Shown here one piece after another: positions 55,680 through 64,000 of a stretch of DNA of 64,000 nucleotides. The notes under the pieces were generated by a model. It did no database searches and was not told the DNA's origin. It saw only the letters and a list, made by a program, of their open reading frames with translations. How positions within the stretch are numbered: position 1 is the first letter of the stretch; every line of letters begins with the position of its first letter. Source of the DNA: an uncultured bacterium (GTDB lineage Bacteria > Patescibacteriota > Minisyncoccia > UBA6257 > 2-01-FULL-56-20); NCBI GenBank assembly GCA_963718575.1, contig OY970358.1:728108-792107 (forward strand), in the 5' to 3' direction. The position numbers and the translations under genes are program-made.

Positions 55680-55715
55680 TAATTCCAAACGCATCGTCGA
55701 GCGGGTGGATCGTCA

Positions 55716-57065
55716 TTGTCTGCGGCTGTGAAAAAACGAATATTTTTTTTCATATTGATAGCGGTTGGACTGCTCTCCGGCGTTTCTCATGCGCAGGTGG
55801 TCCTTATCAACTCCTCTTCCACGGATTTTTTCCTCAGGGCGGAGACTGAAAGCATCGTTGGAAATTCGCAGTCGACGGACTTCGGTCTTTTTAACAGCGG
55901 GCAGACGCTTTCACTCCCGCTCATGTCATCGGCCGATTTTCAGATCTTTTCCGGGATCATCAAGCCGATCTTCCAGCCGGTGAAGCCGATCTATGCGCAG
56001 ATCCACTATCAATGGCGAAACGATAATGGCAGCGAAACCTCCGCCACTTCCGCGACGGGAGGAAGTGAAGATACTGTGCTCACCGGCCTCGCACAGAATT
56101 CCAGTATCCGCGTCCGGATGGAAATAACGAATTCCGGCGGTACGATCCTTTCCTATTCGTCGCAGTCGTTTCAGTTGCAATACGGTCAGTTGAGCACTAC
56201 CTGTTCCGCCATCTCGTCATGGACGGGGGTCGGCACCGCGAGCGCGGTATGGGCGATGTATAACTCGGGCAATCTGACCGACGGGCAGAATACCACAAAC
56301 ATTGCCACTTCCACCGGCGGCGTGGTAGACGCGAATCACACCTTTATCGTAGCGAACGCCGGAGTGAAGACCACGACGAGCACGGTGAGCGCGATCTCCG
56401 TGCCAAGCGATTCGTTCATCGAGATGGAGTTCGATATCCAGGCGCTTTCCAGTTCCACGGCGGGTGCCACCTATTGTTTCCGGCTTACCAACGCCGGTTC
56501 GGCAACCAACTTTTCATATTCGCAATATCCGCAGGCGACGCTTTCCAGTCAGTCGATAACGCTCACGCTCAATACTGCGACCGTGAACTTGCCGGCGCTC
56601 GCTCCGGGGGTCGCCGGTTCCGCGACGACCACGGCGACCGTGAGCGTGACCGGGGCCTCGAGTGGATATACGCTATCCATCAACCGCAATTCCGCAACCT
56701 CGACGCTTACTTCGGGCACGATCCAATTCCCCGACGCTTCCGCATGGAACCCTTCGGGATCGAGCTGTGCATCCGGACAGGGGAATGGCACGACGACGCC
56801 CGGCAATACATTTTCGTTCCGCGTGGCGTCTTCCGGTACCACCGCAAACTATTGCTCGTTCTGGTGGGGTGCGAGTGACACCGGTGGAACGGCATTATAT
56901 GCGGGCGTGCCCACTTCCTCCAAGATCATCGTCAACTCCACATCGTCGGCGTCGCAAAACGGTACCACTGCGGTAACGATCATATATAGCGCGAATGCGC
57001 CATTGAGCCAGGAAGCGACAAGCTATACGGGAAGCGTTACCATCACTGCGATTGCGAACCCGTAG
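55716..57065 (+). CDS. Secreted Ser/Thr-rich WxL-like surface protein (long paralog)
   Basis: Signal peptide (TTG/GTG start ambiguity). C-terminal ~190 aa are homologous to 57119..57778 (LPALAPG...SINRNSATSTLTSGTIQFPDA...YTGSVTITAIANP). Confidence 0.55.
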   Translation: MSAAVKKRIFFFILIAVGLLSGVSHAQVVLINSSSTDFFLRAETESIVGNSQSTDFGLFNSGQTLSLPLMSSADFQIFSGIIKPIFQPVKPIYAQIHYQWRNDNGSETSATSATGGSEDTVLTGLAQNSSIRVRMEITNSGGTILSYSSQSFQLQYGQLSTTCSAISSWTGVGTASAVWAMYNSGNLTDGQNTTNIATSTGGVVDANHTFIVANAGVKTTTSTVSAISVPSDSFIEMEFDIQALSSSTAGATYCFRLTNAGSATNFSYSQYPQATLSSQSITLTLNTATVNLPALAPGVAGSATTTATVSVTGASSGYTLSINRNSATSTLTSGTIQFPDASAWNPSGSSCASGQGNGTTTPGNTFSFRVASSGTTANYCSFWWGASDTGGTALYAGVPTSSKIIVNSTSSASQNGTTAVTIIYSANAPLSQEATSYTGSVTITAIANP

Positions 57066-57118
57066 TTATCCACAGGTATGATAGTTTGAAGGATTGAGAA
57101 TATGCTATTATCTAAGTA

Positions 57119-57778
57119 ATGGAAAAATCACTGGTCGGGCCTTCTTTGAAAGTGTTCTCGTTCGTCGTATCTATAGCGGTGTTGGTCGGTGTCATTGCAA
57201 ATTTTGGAGGAAAAATTTTCACGCCGACGGCGCATGCATTGACATCCACTTCGACCACGCAAACGATCAATGTGACGGTCAATCAAGTCATCACGCTTTC
57301 GCTTGGTACCTCCACGTTAAGCCTGCCGGCTCTTACGCCGGGCGCTCCGGTCACCGCAACGACGAGCGCGACGGTCACCACAAACGCATCTGCGGGATGG
57401 CAGTTGGATTTCAACCGCAACAGTGCCACATCGACGATCGCATCCGGCACCATAACCTTCCCTGATGCAACTCCCTTCAACGGTTCCAACGCAACGACAA
57501 CAGCGAACCTTACGAATAGCGGACAGGTGCTCGCATTCCGCGCCTATCAGACGGGTACGAGCGCGGGTATCTACAATGCGACAACCTGGGGAGCAAACGA
57601 TGCAGCAAGCGCCATGTGGGCCGGTTTTCCCACCTCGACCGTTGTTGCGGTGAGCACAAGCACATATATCGGTAGCGCACAGACCGTTGTATACGGGGTC
57701 TATGCCAACGCACCGGCCACACAGGTTGCCACCAACTATACCGGAACGATCACTGTCACAGCGATAGCGCTTCCGTAA
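57119..57778 (+). CDS. Secreted WxL-like domain protein
   Basis: Signal/TM, then 'ASAGWQLDFNRNSATSTIASGTITFPDA', the first WxL-like motif in its usual context. C-terminal 'YTGTITVTAIALP'; T/S-rich. Confidence 0.55.
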   Translation: MEKSLVGPSLKVFSFVVSIAVLVGVIANFGGKIFTPTAHALTSTSTTQTINVTVNQVITLSLGTSTLSLPALTPGAPVTATTSATVTTNASAGWQLDFNRNSATSTIASGTITFPDATPFNGSNATTTANLTNSGQVLAFRAYQTGTSAGIYNATTWGANDAASAMWAGFPTSTVVAVSTSTYIGSAQTVVYGVYANAPATQVATNYTGTITVTAIALP

Positions 57779-57808
57779 GGCGGGTGTGGTGTGGTATCCT
57801 TATCCAAT

Positions 57809-58714
57809 ATGAAAAAGAACGCAGGGGTTCTGTCTCTCACCTTCGCCGCGGTTTTAAGCTTATTTTTTTTGTTCCCCAATCAAAGTCACGCGCAAGTAGG
57901 AATATCCCTGTTTCCGATAAAATTCGATGTCACTGTTGCGCCGGGTCAGACCTATTCCGATACGGTCACCGTCATCAATCCGAACAATTTCCCGATCGGC
58001 GTCCAGCCGGAGGTGGAGAACATCGCAGGCGGCAACCAGGGTTCGATCGATCTGACCGACACCGACATCCCGCACGGACTTTCCGCGTGGATCAACCTCA
58101 ATGAGGCGGAATTCACGCTTGCTCCGCAACAACAGCTGCAGATACCATTCACAATCACGGTGCCGGCTGACGGCGAGCCGGGCGGCCATTATGGCGCGAT
58201 CCTTTTCCGCGGACTTTCTGCGGGATCTTCGACCAATGCCGGGGTCGGTATCTCCGGCAGGGTGGGGACGGTCATTCTTTTGAATGTGCCGGGCGCATCC
58301 TATGCCACCGGAAATGTGGCGAGTTTCGCTGGCCCTGCCGCGTATGTCTCCCACGGTCCGTTCCCGTTCACATTCACGGTGAACAACACCGGTAACACGC
58401 ACTTTACTCCACAGGGACAGATCGCGTTGAGCGGTCCGTTCTTTGGCAATGCCGTGGTGCCATTCACCTCCGGAATCGTTTTCCCCGGTTATGATCGGAC
58501 GTTCACCGCAAGCTGGCCGGGGCGCTACGCGTTCGGCCCCATCACGGCGACGCTTTCGCTTACCATACCCGACAACACGAGCACGGTGGTCGAGACCATC
58601 ACATTCTTTGCCTTTCCATGGCAGGAGACGCTGATCGTGCTCGTCATTCTTCTTGTCCTTTTCTTTATCTTTAAGACCTGGAAGAAGAATTTCAAGATTG
58701 TGCGGGTAAAGTGA
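57809..58714 (+). CDS. DUF916 (CscA)-like cell-surface protein with C-terminal TM anchor
   Basis: Signal peptide, then 'ISLFPIKFDVTVAPGQTYSDTVTVINPNNFPIGVQ...ITVPADGEPGGHYGAILF' matching the DUF916 pattern (YFDL..PG..QTL.V.L.N.S...I ... GG.Y). C-terminal helix LIVLVILLVLFFIF followed by basic residues. Confidence 0.55.
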   Translation: MKKNAGVLSLTFAAVLSLFFLFPNQSHAQVGISLFPIKFDVTVAPGQTYSDTVTVINPNNFPIGVQPEVENIAGGNQGSIDLTDTDIPHGLSAWINLNEAEFTLAPQQQLQIPFTITVPADGEPGGHYGAILFRGLSAGSSTNAGVGISGRVGTVILLNVPGASYATGNVASFAGPAAYVSHGPFPFTFTVNNTGNTHFTPQGQIALSGPFFGNAVVPFTSGIVFPGYDRTFTASWPGRYAFGPITATLSLTIPDNTSTVVETITFFAFPWQETLIVLVILLVLFFIFKTWKKNFKIVRVK

Positions 58715-58726
58715 TACAGTAAGAAG

Positions 58727-59941
58727 GTGAAGAAGGTAATATGCAGCGCCATATTCTTCGGGGCATTGTTTCCGGTTCTCATTGCGAGCGCCCAGATTTA
58801 TAATGCGGCGAATTCTATGCAGTTGACGGTCACGGTGGTATATCCTCCGGTCGCTCCCGCTGACCTTAATGCCACGACAACATCGAGTTCGGAGATCGAT
58901 CTTTCTTGGGTGACTACCAGTACGAATCAGGCCGGATTTTCCATAGAAGAGTCGGTGGGGAACGATGCTCTTTTTACACCGATCGACACGGTCGGGCCGG
59001 CGGCCAGGAGTTATTCACGCACCGGACTTTTGCCGAGCACGACCTATTTCTATCGGGTGAGGGCGTATAATGGCGCGGGTTCAAGTGCGCCGTCCAACGA
59101 AGCCGCCGCAACGACATCCGCTGCTCCTTCGGGCAATACCGGCGGCGGATCGGGTGCCGGCGGTTCTTCCGGTGGCGGTGGAGGAGGAGGCGGATCGTCA
59201 TATGTGCCGCCGGTCTTCCAGACGTCGGCGATGTTCAGCGGTATCGCATATCCATTGAGCACGGTCACGCTCCTTGAAAATGGCCAGGTTGCCGCCGTGA
59301 CGCAATCGGGGCCTGATGCAACATTCCAAATAAACCTTGCGAATCTTCCGGCCGGAACATATAACTTTGGGGTCTCTGCAAAGGATCCGCAGGGAAACCA
59401 TTCGGCCATCCAGACGTTTTCAAGCACCCTCACTCCCGGCGCGGAGACGGTGATCAGCGGGATATTTTTCCCGCCTACCATCACCGCAGATAAAGTGCAG
59501 GTGAAGCGGGGGGATGTGCTTACATTATTCGGATACGCCGCGCCACAAGGGCAGGTTGCCGTGATGGTCAATTCCCTGAATGAGATCTCGGCGACCGTGA
59601 CATCGACCGCGTCGGGGCTATGGACCTATCCGGTGAGCACCGACCAGCTGGAGATGGGAGGGCACACGGCGCATGTGTGGGAAGCAGCCGACGGCAACGT
59701 GACGCCGGATTCGGAAATATTCTCATTCACGGTCGGCAATACCGACGTTGCTGCGCCGCCGGTATCGGCGGGTCCGTCGAAAGGCGATGTGAACGGAGAC
59801 GGGAAAGTAAACCTCCTTGATTTTTCGATCATGGCCTATTGGTGGGGAAAGTCGAATCCGCCGGCGACGTTGCGGCTCGACGGCAAACCGGAGATCGACC
59901 TTGCCGATTTCAGCATCATGGCATATTACTGGACCGGCTGA
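58727..59941 (+). CDS. Secreted FN3-domain protein with C-terminal type-I-like dockerin
   Basis: GTG start and signal peptide. FN3 region (PADLNATTTSSSEIDLSWV...STTYFYRVRAYNGAGSSAPS). Poly-Gly linker, Ig-like region, and C-terminal 'GDVNGDGKVNLLDFSIMAYWW...LDGKPEIDLADFSIMAYYW', two dockerin Ca-binding repeats. Confidence 0.7.
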   Translation: MKKVICSAIFFGALFPVLIASAQIYNAANSMQLTVTVVYPPVAPADLNATTTSSSEIDLSWVTTSTNQAGFSIEESVGNDALFTPIDTVGPAARSYSRTGLLPSTTYFYRVRAYNGAGSSAPSNEAAATTSAAPSGNTGGGSGAGGSSGGGGGGGGSSYVPPVFQTSAMFSGIAYPLSTVTLLENGQVAAVTQSGPDATFQINLANLPAGTYNFGVSAKDPQGNHSAIQTFSSTLTPGAETVISGIFFPPTITADKVQVKRGDVLTLFGYAAPQGQVAVMVNSLNEISATVTSTASGLWTYPVSTDQLEMGGHTAHVWEAADGNVTPDSEIFSFTVGNTDVAAPPVSAGPSKGDVNGDGKVNLLDFSIMAYWWGKSNPPATLRLDGKPEIDLADFSIMAYYWTG

Positions 59942-59942
59942 C

Positions 59943-60845
59943 ATGAAAAAAACATTCCCGGTGATAGTGTTTGCGATCGCGCTCATGTTTCCCTGGCGTT
60001 CATTCGCGTCCGTGATGACCATCGCGCCATCGCCCACGAACTCCGATATGATCGTGGTCAGCCTTGATACGCAGGGGGATTCCATCAATGCGATACAGGG
60101 ACATTTTACATTTGATACAAACGCATTTTTTGTGAATGAGGTGAGTGACGGAAATTCCATCGTCAATTTCTGGGTCGAGGCGCCGGCGTTTTCAAACACC
60201 TCCGGCACGTTGGATTTTGCGGGGATCATTCCCGGAGGGGAAGTGACAGCTGATGGAGTCATTGCCACGATCGGCATCACCCCGCGGGGATCGGTTGCGA
60301 CGTCGGGCTTTGCGCTCGTTTCCGCGCAGGCACTTTTGAATGACGGGAACGCGACGCCGTCGGACCTTTCCGTGGCAAGCAAGCCATTTCCGCTCGTGGC
60401 CGGAAGTGTTCCGCTGATAGGCCAGAACTCACTCGCGCCCGATCCGTTCACGCCACAGGTCGGCCGGGATCCGGGCATTTTCAACGGACAGTATTTCGTC
60501 GCCTTTACCGCCACGGACCAGGGATCCGGTATCGACCACTACAATGTGCTCGAGGTGCCGGCAGGGACGAAGATATCGACATCATCCGACTGGCAATGGG
60601 CGACCTCCCCTTATCTTCTCCGCGATCAGACGCTTTCAAGCGATATTTATGTGCGTGCGTTCGACGAGTCGGGAAATTTCCGCACGGAAGAGATCCCCGC
60701 AAAACATAAAAAGCCGGGGGGGTCGCTCCCGTGGGGGGATATCGGAATGTCCGCCGTAGCCATAGTGTTACTATTATTAGTGATAGGACTTATCCGCAAG
60801 CGTCGAACATGGAAAAGGAAACGATCCGCAGGAAATTTTGCGTAG
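59943..60845 (+). CDS. Membrane-anchored cohesin-domain protein 1
   Basis: Signal peptide MKKTFPVIVFAIALMF. Cohesin-like block 'DSINAIQGHFTFDTNAFFVNEVSDGNSIVNFWVEAP...GTLDFAGII...DGVIATIGITP'. A second beta domain contains 'SGIDHY'. C-terminal TM AVAIVLLLLVIGLI + RKRR. Starts 2 nt after the dockerin gene stop. Confidence 0.6.
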   Translation: MKKTFPVIVFAIALMFPWRSFASVMTIAPSPTNSDMIVVSLDTQGDSINAIQGHFTFDTNAFFVNEVSDGNSIVNFWVEAPAFSNTSGTLDFAGIIPGGEVTADGVIATIGITPRGSVATSGFALVSAQALLNDGNATPSDLSVASKPFPLVAGSVPLIGQNSLAPDPFTPQVGRDPGIFNGQYFVAFTATDQGSGIDHYNVLEVPAGTKISTSSDWQWATSPYLLRDQTLSSDIYVRAFDESGNFRTEEIPAKHKKPGGSLPWGDIGMSAVAIVLLLLVIGLIRKRRTWKRKRSAGNFA

Positions 60846-62233
60846 CACTTGGGGCCGTCGCGCTGTGTGTGGTTCTTTGGGGTGCCCATGACGCCCACGC
60901 GGCGATGCTTTCCCTCTCTCCGCAATCGGGAACCTATTTTACCGGGAGAAGCTTCAGCGTCTCCGTGGAAGTTTCCTCGCCCGGAGAGGCGATCAATGCG
61001 GTACAGGGCGAGGTCACTTTCCCGAAGAATGATCTCGAAGTGCTTTCGGTCTCTAAAGCGAATTCCGTTCTGAATCTCTGGGTGCAGGATCCGACATTTT
61101 CAAACCAGGATGGTACGGTTGATTTTGCGGGAGTCGTCCTGAGTCCCGGGTTTCAAGGCGCCGCCGGAAATGTAATTACGATCACCTTCGAAGCGAAGAG
61201 TGCCGGCGTCGCTCCGCTCTCGATCGATCCGGCGTCGGTGCTTGCGAATGACGGAAGCGGAACGGATATCTTGACCGCCACGCAGGGCGCTTCGTTCACG
61301 ATGGCTCCGCTTTCTACGGTGCCGGGTCCCCCGGCCACGGGAAACGTGAATATGGATATGGCATCGAGTACGGTGTCACCGTCGACCGTCATTACCTCGA
61401 GCCCGCTCATCACAAACGGAGCATGGTACAACATCAACCAGGTCACCTTTAACTGGAATGTTCCGGCGGGCGCCGACGGCATCAATTACATGATATCGAC
61501 CGACCCCAACCTCCACCTCCCGGACGTGAATCAAGGATTGGTCTCGCAGACCTCGTATGATCTTTCGAACTTTGCCGACGGCGTCTGGTACTTTTTTGTG
61601 AGCTTCGAAAATGGCAGTGTATGGTCGCCGCCGGCGGTGGAGAAGCTGATGCTTGATCGCACCCCGCCCGATTCATTTGTCATCACGCGGGAAGATACCG
61701 ACCTAACGGATCCCCAGCCGGTGTTCTCGTGGCTCGCGACCGACGGGATGTCTGGCATCGACCACTACGAAGCGAAGATCGGCGACGGTGACTGGTTCAA
61801 TCCTGCGAACTTTCAGAGTGGAAATTCATTGTATGCGTTGCCGGTTCAGTCACCGACGGCCGGCCGCTGGCTCACGGTGCGGGCGTTCGACAAGGCAGGG
61901 AATTATACCGATGCCTCGATCAGTTTCCGCGTGCTCGCGCCGGAGGCATCATGTGCGGGAGCCGCGACGTTATGCGCACTTTCCGAATTCTTCGTGCAGT
62001 GGAGCTGGTTGATGGTGTTCATGCTGATCATCCTTCTTATCGTGGCATACGGTTTTATCTATCATCTTCTACGGTGGAAGAAGCGTTCGTCGAAAGTATT
62101 GAAAAAATTCGAAGATATATTGAGCGGGGATCTCGGCGGACCTCACCTTTTAGCCGAACAGCCCGAACTCGAAAAAATCGTTCAGCCCGTTGTTGACGAT
62201 GTGAGGGAAGGGGGAGAAGGACCGAAGGAATAG
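60809..62233 (+). CDS. Membrane-anchored cohesin-domain protein 2
   Basis: Signal peptide. Cohesin-like block 'EAINAVQGEVTFPKNDLEVLSVSKANSVLNLWVQDP...GTVDFAGVV...NVITITFEAKSAG'. 'SGIDHY' beta domain shared with protein 1. C-terminal TM LMVFMLIILLIVAYGFIY + RWKKR. Overlaps the upstream gene by 37 nt. Confidence 0.6.
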   Translation: MEKETIRRKFCVALGAVALCVVLWGAHDAHAAMLSLSPQSGTYFTGRSFSVSVEVSSPGEAINAVQGEVTFPKNDLEVLSVSKANSVLNLWVQDPTFSNQDGTVDFAGVVLSPGFQGAAGNVITITFEAKSAGVAPLSIDPASVLANDGSGTDILTATQGASFTMAPLSTVPGPPATGNVNMDMASSTVSPSTVITSSPLITNGAWYNINQVTFNWNVPAGADGINYMISTDPNLHLPDVNQGLVSQTSYDLSNFADGVWYFFVSFENGSVWSPPAVEKLMLDRTPPDSFVITREDTDLTDPQPVFSWLATDGMSGIDHYEAKIGDGDWFNPANFQSGNSLYALPVQSPTAGRWLTVRAFDKAGNYTDASISFRVLAPEASCAGAATLCALSEFFVQWSWLMVFMLIILLIVAYGFIYHLLRWKKRSSKVLKKFEDILSGDLGGPHLLAEQPELEKIVQPVVDDVREGGEGPKE

Positions 62234-62279
62234 CGGCGCAGCTGGCAATACGGGCTTATTTTTGTTACTATTCCGATAT

Positions 62280-63026
62280 ATGTTGAGCATTTCCCTTCGT
62301 GCCGAAGACATTTTCCACATTGGCTCATGGCCGGTGACGAATGCGGTACTCCTGGCATTTTTCGTTCTTGTATTGCTTACCATGCTCGCGGTTATTTTAA
62401 AGAGCAGGCTTAAGACAATTCCGGGGATGCTCCAGAACATCGTTGAAGCGATCATAGAGGGTGCACTGGATTTGATGGATTCGGTATTGGGAAGTCGTAA
62501 GCAATCAGAAAAATATCTACCGCTTGTTCTCACCATTTTCCTTTTTGTGCTTTTTTCAAACTGGTTCGGACTTGTGCCGGGCGTCGGGTCGATCGTGATT
62601 GGCCACGGCGCGAGCGCGGTACCCCTGCTCCGATCGCCTGCAAGCGATCTCAACTTTACGCTCGCACTCGCATTGATCGCTGTCACGATGGTGAATATCT
62701 TTGGTATTGCGGCGATGGGGATGAAAGAGCGCGTCTCGGTTTTTTTCAATTTCAGCAGTCCGCTCAAGTTTTTCGTGGGCATACTTGAGCTTATCTCAGA
62801 ATTTGCTAGAATTATCTCGTTCACGTTCCGTCTCTTCGGCAACGTGTTCGCCGGCGAGGTGCTGCTCGCGATCATGGCGCTCCTTGTGCCATATCTCGTT
62901 CCGTTGCCGTTCATGTTTTTGGAAATATTCGTCGGATTCATACAAGCATTCATTTTCGGAATGCTTACCCTCGTATTCGTTGCGTTGGCGGTCACCCCTC
63001 ACGAAGGTGAGGAGGCGGGTCACTGA
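62280..63026 (+). CDS. atpB: F0F1 ATP synthase subunit a
   Basis: Multi-TM protein with conserved 'FRLFGN' and 'GEVLLAIM' (Arg-containing TM4) motifs. The ORF opens at 62262; the ATG at 62280 (MLSISL...) is equally possible. Confidence 0.85.
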   Translation: MLSISLRAEDIFHIGSWPVTNAVLLAFFVLVLLTMLAVILKSRLKTIPGMLQNIVEAIIEGALDLMDSVLGSRKQSEKYLPLVLTIFLFVLFSNWFGLVPGVGSIVIGHGASAVPLLRSPASDLNFTLALALIAVTMVNIFGIAAMGMKERVSVFFNFSSPLKFFVGILELISEFARIISFTFRLFGNVFAGEVLLAIMALLVPYLVPLPFMFLEIFVGFIQAFIFGMLTLVFVALAVTPHEGEEAGH

Positions 63027-63335
<309 letters not shown>

Positions 63336-63356
63336 TCGCTCGTGCAGTAAACTCAT

Positions 63357-63860
63357 ATGCAACAATTATTGGATCAATTAGGCATCAATTGGCAGCTCCT
63401 GCTCAGTCAGGCGGTCAATTTTATTCTGCTTTTGATCGTGCTGCGCATTTTTGTGTATAAGCCGTTGTTGAAATTGCTGCACGACCGGCGGGCGAAGATC
63501 GAAGAGGGGCTTACGAAGGCCGAAGAGGCCGAACGCCGGCTCCGCGAGGTGGACGAGATCGGCAAGGGAAAGATCAAAGATGCTGAGCATCAGGCAATCG
63601 CTATCTTGAAGCGGACGGAATCCGATGCGAAGACGCTCGAAGAGAAGCTTCTTGCGGAGGCGAAGCGCCACGAAGAGGAGGCGATGAAGAGCGCCGCCAC
63701 TCGGCTGCGCTCGCAGGAGGAAGAGTCGCGCCGGGCGCTCGATAAGGAGGCGGCGGCGCTCGTGCGCCTTGCCATCACGAAGACAGTCGAGCTCTCGCCG
63801 GAAAAGATCGATGACGCATTAATCGCAAAAGCCGTAAGCGAGGCCAAACACGCCGCATGA
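63357..63860 (+). CDS. atpF: F0F1 ATP synthase subunit b
   Basis: One N-terminal TM helix then a long charged coiled coil, in the atpB-E-F order. Confidence 0.85.
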   Translation: MQQLLDQLGINWQLLLSQAVNFILLLIVLRIFVYKPLLKLLHDRRAKIEEGLTKAEEAERRLREVDEIGKGKIKDAEHQAIAILKRTESDAKTLEEKLLAEAKRHEEEAMKSAATRLRSQEEESRRALDKEAAALVRLAITKTVELSPEKIDDALIAKAVSEAKHAA

Positions 63861-64000
63861 AGTACGCTCCGCACATTTATGCAAAGGCGCTCGTGGAGGT
63901 ATTGAGCGATACAAAGCGAACGAGTGGGAAAGACGATGCCGTGATCGCAAAGAATTTTCTCGCGCTCGTGCGGAGGAACAACGACGAAGCCCATTTAAAA
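63857..64000 (+). CDS. atpH: F0F1 ATP synthase subunit delta (5' part; gene runs off the window end)
   Basis: MKYAPHIYAKALVEVLSD... is a typical OSCP/delta N-terminus. The ATG overlaps the atpF stop (ATGA). Confidence 0.65.
   Translation, partial: MKYAPHIYAKALVEVLSDTKRTSGKDDAVIAKNFLALVRRNNDEAHLK

Noticed and set aside
59817-59942. Upstream extension of the cohesin-1 ORF (MIFRSWPIGG...) overlapping the dockerin gene
   Set aside because: It is out-of-frame overlap with the dockerin gene and has Arg-rich composition. The ATG at 59943 with a signal peptide is the credible start.

Overview
This is a GC-rich (~58-60%) bacterial chromosomal segment. Its gene content suggests a Candidate Phyla Radiation / Patescibacteria (Parcubacteria-type) genome (inference): split transketolase, minimal glycolysis and pentose-phosphate genes, a DUF4012-like protein, and many large Ser/Thr-rich surface proteins. 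Core genes recognised are lepA, dnaG, gap, rpiB, rpe, tkt (N- and C-terminal subunits), a PfkB-family kinase, class II fba, rplY, an M16 peptidase, metG, leuS, htrA, two rRNA methyltransferases, a PlsC-like acyltransferase, prfB (with its programmed +1 site), ftsE, ftsX, and the start of the ATP synthase operon (atpB, atpE, atpF, atpH). There are six tRNA genes in three clusters. The most striking feature is a ~14 kb cell-surface locus at 48.5-62.2 kb. It encodes several Ser/Thr-rich secreted proteins, some with WxL-like 'GW(Q/T)L' motifs, and a DUF916/CscA-like membrane-anchored protein. It also holds a GT-A-like glycosyltransferase, a SAM methyltransferase and a beta-lactamase-fold serine hydrolase. 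The locus ends in a tight operon of an FN3-dockerin protein followed by two membrane-anchored cohesin-domain proteins, i.e. a cellulosome-like cohesin-dockerin module joined to a Csc-like surface complex. Other points: five apparent single-nucleotide (+1) frameshifts interrupt leuS (twice), prfB, a ~1150-aa DUF11-repeat surface protein and a CAP-domain protein; these look like indel errors rather than real pseudogenes. A degraded hicB-hicA remnant with an in-frame amber stop sits between tkt and the PfkB kinase. An AT-rich islet with an HTH transposase-like fragment lies between tRNA clusters, and a partial duplication of the tRNA-Ser(CGA) 3' end lies downstream of that gene (att-like scar). 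A ~260-nt hairpin-rich intergenic region between tRNAs is a candidate ncRNA. Two paralogous coiled-coil proteins share a near-identical promoter. Many long antisense ORFs in the track are Arg-rich shadow ORFs of GC-rich genes and were rejected.
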